A DNA stretch of 64,000 nt. Source: Octopus sinensis (taxonomy: Eukaryota). Positions within the stretch are counted from its first letter, which is position 1, and each line of letters begins with the position of its first letter. This document shows positions 38,619-50,291 of the stretch, piece after piece. The translations under genes and the position numbers were made by a program. Under the pieces are notes generated by a model, which saw only the letters and a list, made by a program, of their open reading frames with translations, was not told the origin of the DNA and ran no database searches. The stretch covers positions 4,464,001-4,528,000 of the forward strand of contig NC_043005.1 of NCBI RefSeq assembly GCF_006345805.1. The letters run 5' to 3'.

Positions 38619-40180
38619 GTAAAGACAATTTTTTTTTTATCATTCTGAATTTTATTCTTAAATTTTAAAATTATTATGGCCTAAGCAGTTAATTCATAAT
38701 TTTGTTTATCATTTTAACGTCCAGTTTTCCATGCTTGTAAAGGTCAGATGGAATTTGTTGAGGCAGATTTTCTATGTTCAGGTGCCCTTCCTGTCCCTAA
38801 CCTTCACCTATTTCCAAATAAGGTAGCATTTTCCCAGGGTTAGACATGAACATCATTGCTTGTATGACTGATGCTTATTTACAACCACCATCTGATGCCG
38901 AGACAAGTGTACTCACACGCATTCGATGGACTTCTTTCACTTTCTGTTTACCAAATCCTCTCACAAGGCTTTGGTCAGCCTGGGGCTATAGTAGAAAACA
39001 CTTTAATTTGGAAGCAACCTATTCAACTACTACTCTGCTGTTATTCATGGTCGTGTCATTGCAATCGTTGAACTCAAAGTATGGGGAATGTGTATTCTTG
39101 CAAACCGAATGACAGCCTCACTTAATGGCTGGTGGCATGGAGACAAAGCACCCACTCCACTCTGTAAAATGGTCAGTGTCAGGAAGAGCATCCAGTCGTA
39201 GAAATCATGTGGAAGCAGACCCTGGAATATGATGCACAGCCTGCGTCCAATGGATCCTGTCAAACTGTCCCACCCATGACAGCATGGAAAATGGACATTA
39301 AATGATGATGATGTATCATAATGTACATTATGACACGGAATAGCTGTAGGATTGTAATGTATATTGCAATAAGTAATAGTAAAAATTATGAGGTATATTA
39401 AAAAAATATATTTTGCATAGTTCAGACATTATCTGCTGTACATTAGGTAAAAGGTATTGATATGTCTGTTTTATTGAAAATTGACAGTCTACTCTGAGAT
39501 TCACCTAATCTTGGAGCAAAATTCAGAATACACATCTCTAAACTATAATTGCTAACATATATAAGAATTTGGTGTCTATTTAATTTTTGAAACATATGCT
39601 GGTGGGGAAGGGAAATTCTGAGTGTTTTTCCTTGTTTTTGGTACCCAGGGGTAGATACAAATTCTGTTAAGAAACAGAAATGTGTAGAGGGTCAAGAGAT
39701 CACCAGCTGTTGGGGTACATCGAAACTTAAATAATGGGACTAGGAGAGATGACAACAGAACATTTTCATGTAGTATGTAGGATATATATGTTTATATATA
39801 TATATAAGATCCAAGGATTGAGGTGTAAGAAGGAAGTTAGCTTCAAGCAATCTGTAGTAAATATAAAAAACAACTTACAGGGACAAGAGTGGTTTATTGA
39901 GACGGAAGGTTGTGGATTTTTTTCATATTGAAGTATGATAAACTGAAAAAAGTAGGTGACCAGGGTTACCGAGTAAGTAAGTACACAAGAGTTATGGAAT
40001 GGAGTAGCTAAGATCTGGGCTACATATGTTTCATAGTGAGCAGAATCTTGGAAGTGATAAATATCCAAGTGAGGTGAATATCGCAGGCTACTTTCCAGGC
40101 CAAGGATATTTGGATTAAATGAAGGTTTACAATGTCGCAAGGAAATACATGTTAACACATGGAAGATTCAATCAGAATAG

Positions 40181-40227
<47 letters not shown>

Positions 40228-40229
<2 letters not shown>

Positions 40230-41445
40230 CATCATCATCGTTTAACGTCCGTTTTCTGCGCTAGCACGGGTTGGACGGTTCGACCGGGGTCTGGAAAGCC
40301 AGGGGCTGCACCAGGCTCTGGTCAGATCTGGCAGTGTTTCTCCAGATGGATACCCTTCCTAACGCCTACCACTCCGCGAGTGTAGTGGGTGCTTTTTATG
40401 TGCCACCGGCACAGAAGCCAGTCGAGGCAGCGCTGGCATCAGCCACGTTCGGATGGTGCTTTTTATGTGCCACCGGCACAGGTATCACAACTACTATTTC
40501 CATTGATATTTATTTCAATGTTCAGGTACTTGACTCAATAGGTCTCCTCAAGCACAGCGGATGTTCTGGTATCCAAGGTACTTTGAATGGGCAGGGGCTA
40601 TGCGGGGCTGCTGCAGGAAGCAGCCCAGGTCTTTGCAGTCACTGCATATCTCCAGAGATCACGGTCCTTTGTCATTGCCTCTGTGAGGTCCAACGCTCTG
40701 AGGTCATGCTTGACTACCTCATCCCATGTCTTCCTGGGTCTTCCTCTCCCCCTGATACCTTCAACTGTTTGGGAGCGGCACTTCTTCACACATCTCTCCT
40801 CATCCATCCACAGTACATGACCATACCATCACAAGCGTCGCTCTTGCACACCACATCTGATGCTTCTTATGTCCAGCATTTCTCTCAGGGTGCTTACCCT
40901 CTGTCGTGCATTCACACTGACATTACACATCCAGCGGATCATGCTAGCTTCATTCCTTTCAAGTCTACGCATGTCCTCTGCAGTCACGGCCCATGTTTCA
41001 CTGCCGTGAAGCATGGCAGTTCGCACACATGCATCATACAATCTACCTTTCACTCTGAGCGAGAGACCCTTTGTCGCCAGTAGGGGTAGGAGCTTTCTAA
41101 ACTTTGCCCAGGCTGTTCGTATTCTAGTGGTGACACTCTCTGAGCATCCACCTCCACTACTAACTTGGTCACCCAGGTAGCGGAAACTATCAACTACTTC
41201 TAGTTTCTTCCCCTGGAGTGTGATAGAATCTGTTTTCTGAGTATTTGTGGTGTCTATTGTCCATCTGCTACACATGAAAGCTATCTTATCAGTTAATTTC
41301 CCTTTGATGTTGCTGCACCTCTTATGCGTCCATAGCTTGCACTGGGTACATCTTATGGAGTTTCTACCTACACCTTTCCTACAGATCGAGCAGGGCCACC
41401 TGCCCGAGGCGGTGTGTGCTGAGTTCGCCTTTCTGCTCACTAAAA
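40228..41445 (-). mobile_element. RTE LINE 3' fragment (about 1.2 kb) with PHD finger and thumb
   Basis: ORF GRWPCSICRKGVGRNSIRCTQCKLWTHKRC...LEVVDSFRYLG; (GAT)n tail; (TA)n on both sides. Confidence 0.92.
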
Positions 41446-41674
41446 GCAGAAAGTTATATATATATATGTATTATATATGCCACAGAACCTCCCAAAACTA
41501 GAAACTATTAATTATCCTCACACCATTCTGTTTTAAATCTAAATATTATATATTTTTAAACTGTTGAATGTGTTGTATTTTTTTCTATAAAAGTTTATAA
41601 ATTCCACTTTTTGAAATTCTACTTTTGTAATTATAAAATATTAACATCTTTTTCTAAAATATGTTTTTTTTCAG

Positions 41675-41843
41675 TGTCGAGCCCATCACCCTAACAACTA
41701 TCGACAACGTATTCGGTCAAATCCTGACATTGAGGTTAGACAAATTATGGCCCGATCTGATGTGGGCAGTCGTTACTCTAGATATTCCAAAGGAGCTGGT
41801 ACCCCTCGTAGCATGCGTAGTCCTGGTGGAGTGGCAAGTCCAG
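41675..41843 (+). CDS. MACF1: Spectraplakin exon, basic Ser/Arg/Gly-rich tail
   Basis: TTTCAG acceptor and CAG|GTATGT donor; 169 nt bridging phase 0 to phase 1 as required by its neighbours; CRAHHPNNYRQRIRSNPDIEVRQIMARSDVGSRYSRYSKGAGTPRSMRSPGGVASP; no homology recognised. Confidence 0.8.
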
Positions 41844-42554
41844 GTATGTATAAAACTATGAACATTCACTCAATGTCTGTAAATCTCAGGTGGTTTTAAT
41901 TAAAGGTCGGTGGGTGCATTGCAGACTCACTAGAGTATCAGCCAAAATAACCTGGTTATGTTCCTTCTATGTTCTGAGTTCAAATCCCATCCAGGTTGAA
42001 CATTTGCTTTTCATCTTTCCAAGGTCAAAACAGTTGAGTATGCTCCTGAAAATACTGCCCCAGCAGGGCCACTGCTGAATGATTGAAAGAATAGATGCCA
42101 TGTAGGTAATATAGAACCTGCTAGAGACTTAAGTACTGAAATAATCTGTCCTGTTTTGGTTGGTATGAAGATGGTTGAGGCAACAGGACCCTAAAACTCC
42201 TCTCTCAGATTTAGTTTTGTCCATTTTGATATTGTCTCTGGGAATCTATTGAGAAACCGCAAACAACACAAAAATAGTCAAAATCAGGTCGATGCCCCGG
42301 CTGTTGTTCATCGAACTCAGATTTGTTTTCCTCCACTCTTTTTTAAGGCAGTAGTATATGATTTGAGGATTTGGTTGCGATTTCTTGCAAGTTGAGTGAC
42401 TATGTAGAGGCTCCGGCATCTGTTGTAATCATTTCACTTAACCTTTTGATACCAACCTGCTCAAGCTTGTCCTAGACTTTTGATACAAACACTTTACAAG
42501 TGTTAAGGTTACCTCTGCAGATTCTCTGTAGAAATTATAACCAGCACTGATTTT

Positions 42555-42902
42555 ACATCATTTACACTCGACGGATATTTGTCCTCATCTTGTTTGTTAA
42601 CACAACGTTTCGGCTGATATACCCTCCAGCCTTCTTCAGGTGTCTTAGGGAAATTTCAAACCTGGGTTCTCATTCCTAAGGTATTTTTCGATATTATTAT
42701 TATTGTTGTTGTTGTTGTTCAGGTCACTACCTAGAATCGAACTTGGAATCTTGGTGTTAGTAGCCTGCGCTCTTAACCACTACGCCATATTCCCGTGGGC
42801 TGAAGGGTATATCAGCCAAAACATTGTGTTAAGAAACAAGATGAGGACAGATATCCATCGAATGTAAACAATGTAAATAATTCCTCATCTCTTGAATAAA
42901 GA
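42555..42902 (-). mobile_element. Second copy of the tRNA-headed hammerhead SINE, with an inverted partial tail copy
   Basis: Complete unit on - (about 42790-42555) plus + strand tail copy from 42798; 9-bp TSD ACTGATTTT at 42546-42554 and 42903-42911. Confidence 0.85.
42599..42644 (-). ncRNA. Minimal type I hammerhead ribozyme (Penelope-type)
   Basis: RNA GACAC CUGAAGA A GGCUG GAGGGUAUAU CAGCC GAAAC GUU GUGUU: stem I GACAC/GUGUU, stem II GGCUG/CAGCC, core CUGANGA and GAAA, palindromic stem III AACGUU. Confidence 0.8.
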
Positions 42903-43963
42903 ACTGATTTTGTTATGACATTTCGTATCTAAAAAAATAAAAACGTTTAACATACTTCGTAGTATATTATGATTGTAAAATAACAAAATTAGTGCTGGCT
43001 ATAATTTCTATAAGGAATCTGTAGAAATAACCTTAACAAGTGATGTGATAGCACTGCTAACACAGTAGAACATGGTATTTAATTATAAAAACGTTTAATA
43101 TACTTTATAGTATATTATGGTTGCATAATGAAATATGGTGTCCCTACAGGTCATTACTAGATTTACAAGTGATCTTAATTAAAACTTCCAAAAATTTCAT
43201 GTTATTCATGTTCCAAACTTCAGGCTAATGAGGACAAAACTATTTTACTAAATTCTTCATTATTCTCAGAAATTGAAACAGAATCATCCCAAACTAAGAT
43301 CATCCAATGTTGGTTGAGTGTGACTTAATCCTTTTGACCCCAACCTGTCTGAGACTACTCCTGGTTCTATGATACAAATTCCCTGTTTTAAAGTGATCTA
43401 AATTAAAACCCTCAAAATTCATTGAAACAAGGCAGTGTATTTCAACAGGGATATAGCAACAAAAGGGTTAATCTCTTGGCAAATGCTATCAGTTCTTACT
43501 ATAAATCCAATAGCATTTATTGAGATATGAAGAAGGTCCTCAACCATTTTTGCCTGATGAACCCTTTTCTCTCTATTGACCCCTCGTAGCCATCTGATGT
43601 TTAAAAAATTGAAATATTTCAAATATTGTAGAAGTAAAAGTAATTTATTGCACATGAATTTTATCAGCAAAATCTTTTGTGGACTCCAGTTGAGAACCAC
43701 TGATATAAGAGATTAATATTTTCATCCTTAACTCTTCAGCATTTAAACTAGCCAGATCTGGCCTCTCACACTTACCCTACAAGATTATTCTAAAAATAAA
43801 CCTTCCTGACATTGAAATTTCAAAGCTACAAGATAATGCATGACTAATTCAAATCAAATCAATGTGAATAAACAAGCATTACACTTGACAGAGTGATCTG
43901 AATGATAAAAGATTAAAGCTTGATAAATAAATATTTTGGTTTCTTTTCTTCCTTTTCTTTTAG

Positions 43964-44226
43964 TGAGTACCACAAGTCGTTGTTCAAGTACAGGCAGTCG
44001 GCCACCAAGCCGCACTGGAAGTGATATCTCAGAAACAAGCGAACCTGAAGTTTACACGACGGTGCAGACTGAAACTCGGAACTTGGGTGGTCGTAAGCAA
44101 ACCACAATGACTTACCAAACACACGTGGTTCCAAGCAGAAGCGGATCACATGTGGCTCACTCAAGCTCATCATCGGTGACGTCGCTGAGACATGGTTCGA
44201 AGATTCCGAAACTGAAAAAGAAATGA
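43964..44226 (+). CDS. MACF1: Spectraplakin terminal exon with EB1-binding SxIP motif
   Basis: VSTTSRCSSTGSRPPSRTGSDISE...LRHGSKIPKLKKK-stop; SKIP at 44197-44208; GSRPPSRxGSD resembles the GSR-repeat tail. Confidence 0.96.
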
Positions 44227-46567
44227 ACTGCTTCCAATCATTCTGTTTCCACTCCAACTGCCATCAGTCAGGATTCTGTTGTGGTTTCTGCCAGTAACCT
44301 ATTTATCTAATAGCAAAGCTTTTTGCACAGCAATACCATTCCTTGCAGAAGCTTTCTTGATAACTATCGGACTCCCCTTCCCTTATCTATTTATCTCTCT
44401 CTCTCCCTCTCACTCATGCCATGACCACTATGGAGTCAACACAAGATCACAGCCATAACCCTTACAACCTTATTTGGCTGCTTAACATCACCTAATCTAA
44501 TAATCCCAGCTGTGGCTCTGATTTTAGTTGTTGTAGCCATCTTGATTGCTATACAGCATTGGCTAGAGCGCCAGACATGTCTCTCCCCTATTTCTGAGAG
44601 GTAACTGTCTTCTCTGCTGGCACAATTGAAACTACAAAGTGTTTCAAAATTCTTGCCCAACATCAAAGTTGGAAGAATTTGGTTTTTTTTATATATTGTG
44701 AATTTTTTTTAAAACTTCAATCCTGACCTCTGCTTTGTCCAATGAGTGACAAATATAATAACTGGACCGTCCCTGTCTAATTTCTTAGACAGATAGACAA
44801 GGCTGCTGTCCTTGTTTGGCCCAAAAAAAAAAACAAAAAATGAAAATATTATGAAAACAACAAACAAAACAAAGCCGTGTGCCTACACGTACGATGAATC
44901 TACGTTTGTAGCAATGTGTAACAAATTTTAGTGCTTTTTCTATTTCTCCACATGATGTATAACTGTGATAAAATTAGAGGGAGTCGGCGAGCACCAATCT
45001 AACCGTCACTGTAGGAGAAATTGTTGCCAGTGATTATTACAACAGACAGAAAATTGCTCGTCTGCAACCATTTTAATAATCTTTAATTTTTTTTTTTTTT
45101 TTTTTCCTTTCTTTCTTCTAAATCAATCCACAATATTTTCATCTCTGAAACAAACAAACAGGACAATAAGAATTTTTTCTTTTTTTCATTTTTGTTACAT
45201 ATATATAATTTTTTTTTTCTTTAATCAAATTCTTATTTAATACATTGTTTGAAAAAGTTTAAAAATTGTTATTTTCCATGGGTAACAAAGGGGAAGATGG
45301 GTTGGGGAGGGCAACAATATTATTTTGATTTGAAATTTTTGTTTTCATTCTTATTTATGTATTTATTTTATTTATTCATTGTTTTTTTTTGGCGCTACCA
45401 TTTCGTTTTTGTATATTTTTTTTTCTTCCATAATCTGTTTTGAAGAATGTACGTATTGCGATGATGTTCCTTTCTGCTGTTTGAGCAAGTGTAGCAATAT
45501 CAGCATTGCTAACCACTTCTGCTGGTGGTGTTGCTGTATTCCTGGCTGTTTCTTCAATAACATGATAGCGATGCCATCCAATGTATTTTCAAATTCCTTT
45601 TTTTTTGTTAGGTTTTTTTTTCTTATATATATATATATATATTTTGTTGTTTTTGTTTGTGGTTTGTTTTTGTATTCTTAACGGCTGTTCTTTGTAAAAT
45701 TGGTCACCCATTGCATTCCACCTCTCGAATTGCTTGAACATCTTTCTCCACAAAGCAGCAACACTTGAAAAAAAGAAGAGAAAAAAGACACACGGACACA
45801 CATTCACACACACACACACAATGAACGTGCCATTTTTGCTGTTTTATTTCTTTGTTCCAGAGATGAATACTATTTTTGTATGAAACTCTAAAAAAATCTA
45901 AATAAATAAATCATCATATCTTTGATTAAATCTCAATCTATGATGATAGAAATGACTAGAAACCATCACCCAGATTCAGGAATATTTCTATCGTTTAGCT
46001 CTACTCTAGTTGTTTGCTAATAATAATATTGTAAATTTAAAGACAAAACAACAATACTTGTAGAAAATAGCCAATGGAAATGTGTATGTGTGTATATATA
46101 TATAAAACACTCACTCTGAATTGGCAATATTTTTGCAGAGTAAAATCTAAGCTTTGCACCAGATCCTGGTAAAATAAAGACGCTGGAGCACTTTAAAGCA
46201 TTTGTTGATAATTTGTAAAATATTTTGGTTTTTATATATTAAACTTTTTAAGGGGGAAAAAAAAAGAACAAAAACAACAATCTCATTCCATTTCTAATTC
46301 TGGAATTATTCCTTCTTTCAAAGGTAAAAAAAAAATCTTTTTTTTTTTTGCTCTATCTGCCGCTCTTGTAGCAAACAATAAGGTTACGTCTGTAGCAGGA
46401 GAGGAATTGTCTTCTCTGGCTGCAGTGAACGAGTGCATAATAACGATTATAATAATTAAGGATGTCGAGGATGATTGGTGATGTTGGAGATGTAACGTTT
46501 TTGTCTCGGGAAATTACAATAGTGTATCGAGAGGCCTTTCAATGTGTACGCTGAACCTCTTTTGTCA

Positions 46568-46573
46568 AATAAA
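46568..46573 (+). terminator. Candidate polyadenylation signal of the spectraplakin mRNA (3' UTR about 2.4 kb)
   Basis: AATAAA at the end of a U-rich stretch (44227-46570) in which I saw no transposons, followed by a pyrimidine-rich segment and then dense transposons; alternative AATAAA sites near 45900 and 46172. Confidence 0.5.
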
Positions 46574-47077
46574 ACTGATTGCATATATAATAATTATGAT
46601 GACTTGTTCTTATTTATCGCCTTCCTCTCTTTGCTTTCTTTTTCCTTGTCTCAGACTGGCTGTCATCGCATCACAACCATCAGCTGCCTTCAGAATTGTT
46701 TAGGCCAGTGCTTCTCAAAGTGGGTAGTGCTACTACTCCCTGGGACAGGGGCTGTGGAAAAAAAATTATCATGTATCCTGGGATCAAAGGAGACGGGAAT
46801 AGAAGCATCTTTTGATTGCTATTATCATCATCAACATCCACTTTCCATGCTGGCATGGTTTAATAGGAGCTGGAGAGCTGTGCCAGGCTCCAATTGTCTA
46901 TTTTTGCATGGTGTCTATGGCTGGATTCACTTCCTGATGCCAATCACTTTACAGAGTGTACTGGGCGCCTTTTAAGTGGCACCAGCATGCAATTTTCAAA
47001 AATATTTTCAATTTTTATTTTGTGTGCTACTGATTTGGTAATTGAAATGTTTTGACAATCCCATCATCATTGTTTAA

Positions 47078-48163
47078 CCCTTTCGTTACCAAACCGCCCA
47101 AAACCACCCGAAAAAAATTTTGGTTAATGCGACCAAACTGACCAAAACCGCCCGTATTTACCTATTCATATTTAAATGAGAATATCAGAGCAAATCTCTT
47201 TAGTACATTCGTGAAAACACGTATTATACTTCATTAACAGTTCAACTACAGTTTTGTACAAAAATCGAAGTGTAATTTTAATTCCGTGAATTTTGGGAGA
47301 TTTTTTCCGAAATTTGTTCCTATTGTGTTTTCAAAATTTGTAATTCTGACAAAAAATGGATACGAATTTCATTATATCAAGCAGCGAGTCAGAATTCGAA
47401 GGATTTTCTACTGAAGACCTTGATAAATCTAACTCTATGACTGACAAAAAAAAGCATGTGGTATTTGATAATGAATCTGATGTTTCATTTTCCGAAAGTG
47501 AAAACAGTGAATCCGAGAGCGACGACAGCGATAAAGAAAATGAATTGGCACCTGAATGGAGTGAAAATTTAAAAACTGTTTCTTTCGGTGATTTTTCTGA
47601 AGAAACTGGACCAAGCCACAGACTTTCCCAGAAGAGTAAAGCCTTAGACTATTTCTTTTTATTTTTTCGAATGAGCCTATTTGAAATCATTACAGCGGAA
47701 ACGAACCGTTATGCTAAATGTAAACAAAACGAAAGAAAGGATAGTTTGTGGTTTCCCATAACCTTAAATGAAATTAAAACTATTTTGCCATAAATATTAT
47801 TATGGGTATCAGAAAGTTACCCAGAATAACAAATTCTATCGTACAATTTTGTTGTATACCCAACTGAATATTAGCTAATAACCCATTTTCTATAGCGATA
47901 TTTGAGCAAAATTTTAATAATTTTATATTTTGTTGAATTTACCTGTATCTACCTGCAATTAGAGTCACTTTGTGACAAAAATTATAGTATAGAATTGGTT
48001 GAGAACATTTCATTAAATTATCTTCCAAAAATCAAATTAATATATTGATAAATAAAAAAAGTTATAGTTGTTTAATGAAACCAGACTAAATTTATGATTA
48101 CGTTAGAAATTAATTGAAACATATAAGGGGTGTATTTTGGTCAGAAATATAGTAACGAAAGGG
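47078..48163 (+). mobile_element. Internally deleted piggyBac element (1086 bp)
   Basis: TTAA on both sides; perfect 12-bp TIR CCCTTTCGTTAC / GTAACGAAAGGG; ORF 47356-47793 is a PGBD-type acidic N-terminus (ALDYFFLFF...ETNRYA...EIK), continuing after a frameshift as INIIMGIRKLP. Confidence 0.92.
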
Positions 48164-49810
48164 TTAATGTCCACTTTTTCAAACTTTGCATGAGTCAGAC
48201 TGAGTTCTTCAAAATAAATTTTTCTTCCTTAGCTGGATGCTCTTCCTGTCACCAACCATTACCTGTTTCCAAGCAAAGTAATATTTCCCCATTTTCAGAT
48301 ACATTTTCCATGGAAGAGTGGGAATGGGACAACTTCACTTGCATGGCAACGATTGCTCGTTTACGAGTATCATTTGATACCAAGACACAAGTCTACATAA
48401 AAGCACACACACATAATGGGCTCCTTTCAGGTTCTGTTTATCAAATCAGCTGTCAAGGTTTTGGTCAGTTCAAGGCTAGAGCAGACAATACTTGACCAAG
48501 ATGCTGACCAACATGACTGAACCCAAGTCTGTATTGTTGGTAAGCCAGCTTCTTAACCACACAGCTACACCTGAACTATTGATAAAATTACTCTTACACC
48601 CTCAATCCACTCACATTTTATGTTCTCTTGCTCCCACTGACTTCTACTCACCTCATACTTTGTGGGTCTGTCCTGACACCACATCACCACCATCATATCC
48701 TTCTTTCCAACCACTTCCACTTTTTCTTCTAAAATGAGCCACACAGCTCCTCTACAGCAAGAAATCTGTTCTGTTCCAGCCCCCTTCTCTCATACTTGAA
48801 CCCCTTCATTCCATAGCATAAAGCCACCTCCCTTTCCTTTATAGCCCTGTTCAGTTGAAGGGGATCTTGGTCTTGCAAGCTGCATGGTGACCCTGACTAG
48901 TGATGGTGGCACGAAGAAAAAAAGCCCCCATTACATGCTCTATTTTGTTGGCATTAGGAAGGGCATCCAACCCTAAAACCCTTACCAAAGAAGACATTGG
49001 AACCTGATGCAGTCCTCTGACCCAACGAATCCAACCTGCACCAAGCATGGAACATAGATGTTTGATGAGGAAGGCATAGGTGCAAGACATTTTACTGTCG
49101 ATCAATTTGTTGGCAGCAATTTAAAAAAAAAATATTTGTTGAACTGAAAGCAAGAAAGTGTTGCAAAAGCATTAGTAATAAATAAAAAAAAGTGGGATGA
49201 TGGTTAAAAAATAAAAGGTCTGAGAAACGCTGGTTTATGTGACAGCACTACCACACCCTTTTCATCTGTGACTCATGCAAAGCAGCTGGATCAACAAAAC
49301 ACTACTGCAGGCTGTGAGCAACAACAGAAGTCTAGAGGTAGTCTCTACATGGCTCACCTCTTTCACCTCCATCTGGCATTAATGACCCTGGATGGTCTCC
49401 CTTGTCCACTCCACTGGCACAGCATTTATCTGTGGCTGAACAATCCAATGCATGAATGGTAGTCTTTGCCACACAAGCTGCTCTTAGGGGGATCTCCTAT
49501 TGCTGTTTTGAGTTGTCTTCTCCTTTGTTGACGATGGCTGTCTTTCTCTTATCTGGGCCACTGAGGTTTTCTACAAGGTCAGGCACAGAGCAAACATGCT
49601 AGCTTCAGAGATTGTGTCTTCCAGTTCTATGCCTCCAATAGAGGGTGTTCAATAGGATCAAAATCTGGGCCGTATGGTATAGAGGATGGATTGTTACCCA
49701 TGTTACATATCTCCCTCTCCTCCACATTGGTGATGATTCAAAGAGAACATGCGGCCATTACAATTTGGCACCAGTGTCATCACAGGAGTTGCCAGAACAA
49801 AGTTGTAGAT

Positions 49811-50030
49811 GGCGTAGTGGTTAAGAGTGCAGGCTACTAACCCCAAGATTATGAGTTCGATTCCAGGCAGTGATCTGAATAATAATAATAATAACATGGA
49901 AAAATACCTTAGGAATGAGAACCAATGGTTCGAAATTTTCCCCAAGACACCTGATGAAGGCTGGAGGGTATATCAGCCGAAACGTGTTAACAACAAAGAT
50001 GAGGAGAAATATCCGTCAAATGTAAATAAG
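49811..50030 (+). mobile_element. tRNA-headed SINE with Penelope-like hammerhead tail (220 bp)
   Basis: A box GGCGTAGTGG, B box GAGTTCGATTC, (AAT)n spacer, tail with CTGATGA...GAAAC; 9-bp TSD GTTGTAGAT at 49802-49810 and 50031-50039. Confidence 0.85.
49946..49988 (+). ncRNA. Hammerhead ribozyme motif lacking the GUU cleavage triplet
   Basis: GACAC CUGAUGA A GGCUG GAGGGUAUAU CAGCC GAAAC GUGUU; 3 nt shorter than the 42599 copy. Confidence 0.6.
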
Positions 50031-50291
50031 GTTGTAGATAATGTTAAACTGCTTCGAGTAGTGAGGCCCTGATTTTGGAGTTCTAGGATTTTCATGAGCA
50101 TGGAATCAACTCTTAGCCACTCTGGTTCCCAGATCGAATCTGATCCAGAGTAGTAGCACCTGTCAGATAAAGCTTATCAGCCTGGGTGAAGGCTAACAAG
50201 CCCCTTCTGCCTGACTGATTTGCTAGTCATCCAGGGTAAGGAAAACCCTGATTCCAAGCCTCCACCACCTGGCTGCCAGATCCAACTGCAG

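Noticed and set aside
39720-40170. Possible very old CR1/L2 C-terminal remnant on the minus strand; also unclassified repeat-like blocks at 37315-37870 and 8990-9430
   Set aside because: Too degenerate to assign by eye; needs a RepeatMasker or Dfam search.
40271-41083. 270-aa and similar + strand ORFs overlapping LINE copies (also 23275-23874, 55656-56810, 58325-59226)
   Set aside because: Antisense or shadow frames of RT coding sequence.
42719-42790. Genuine tRNA gene (also 49811-49880 and other A/B-box heads)
   Set aside because: No complete acceptor stem or T-run terminator; embedded in repeated units with TSDs, so these are SINE heads.
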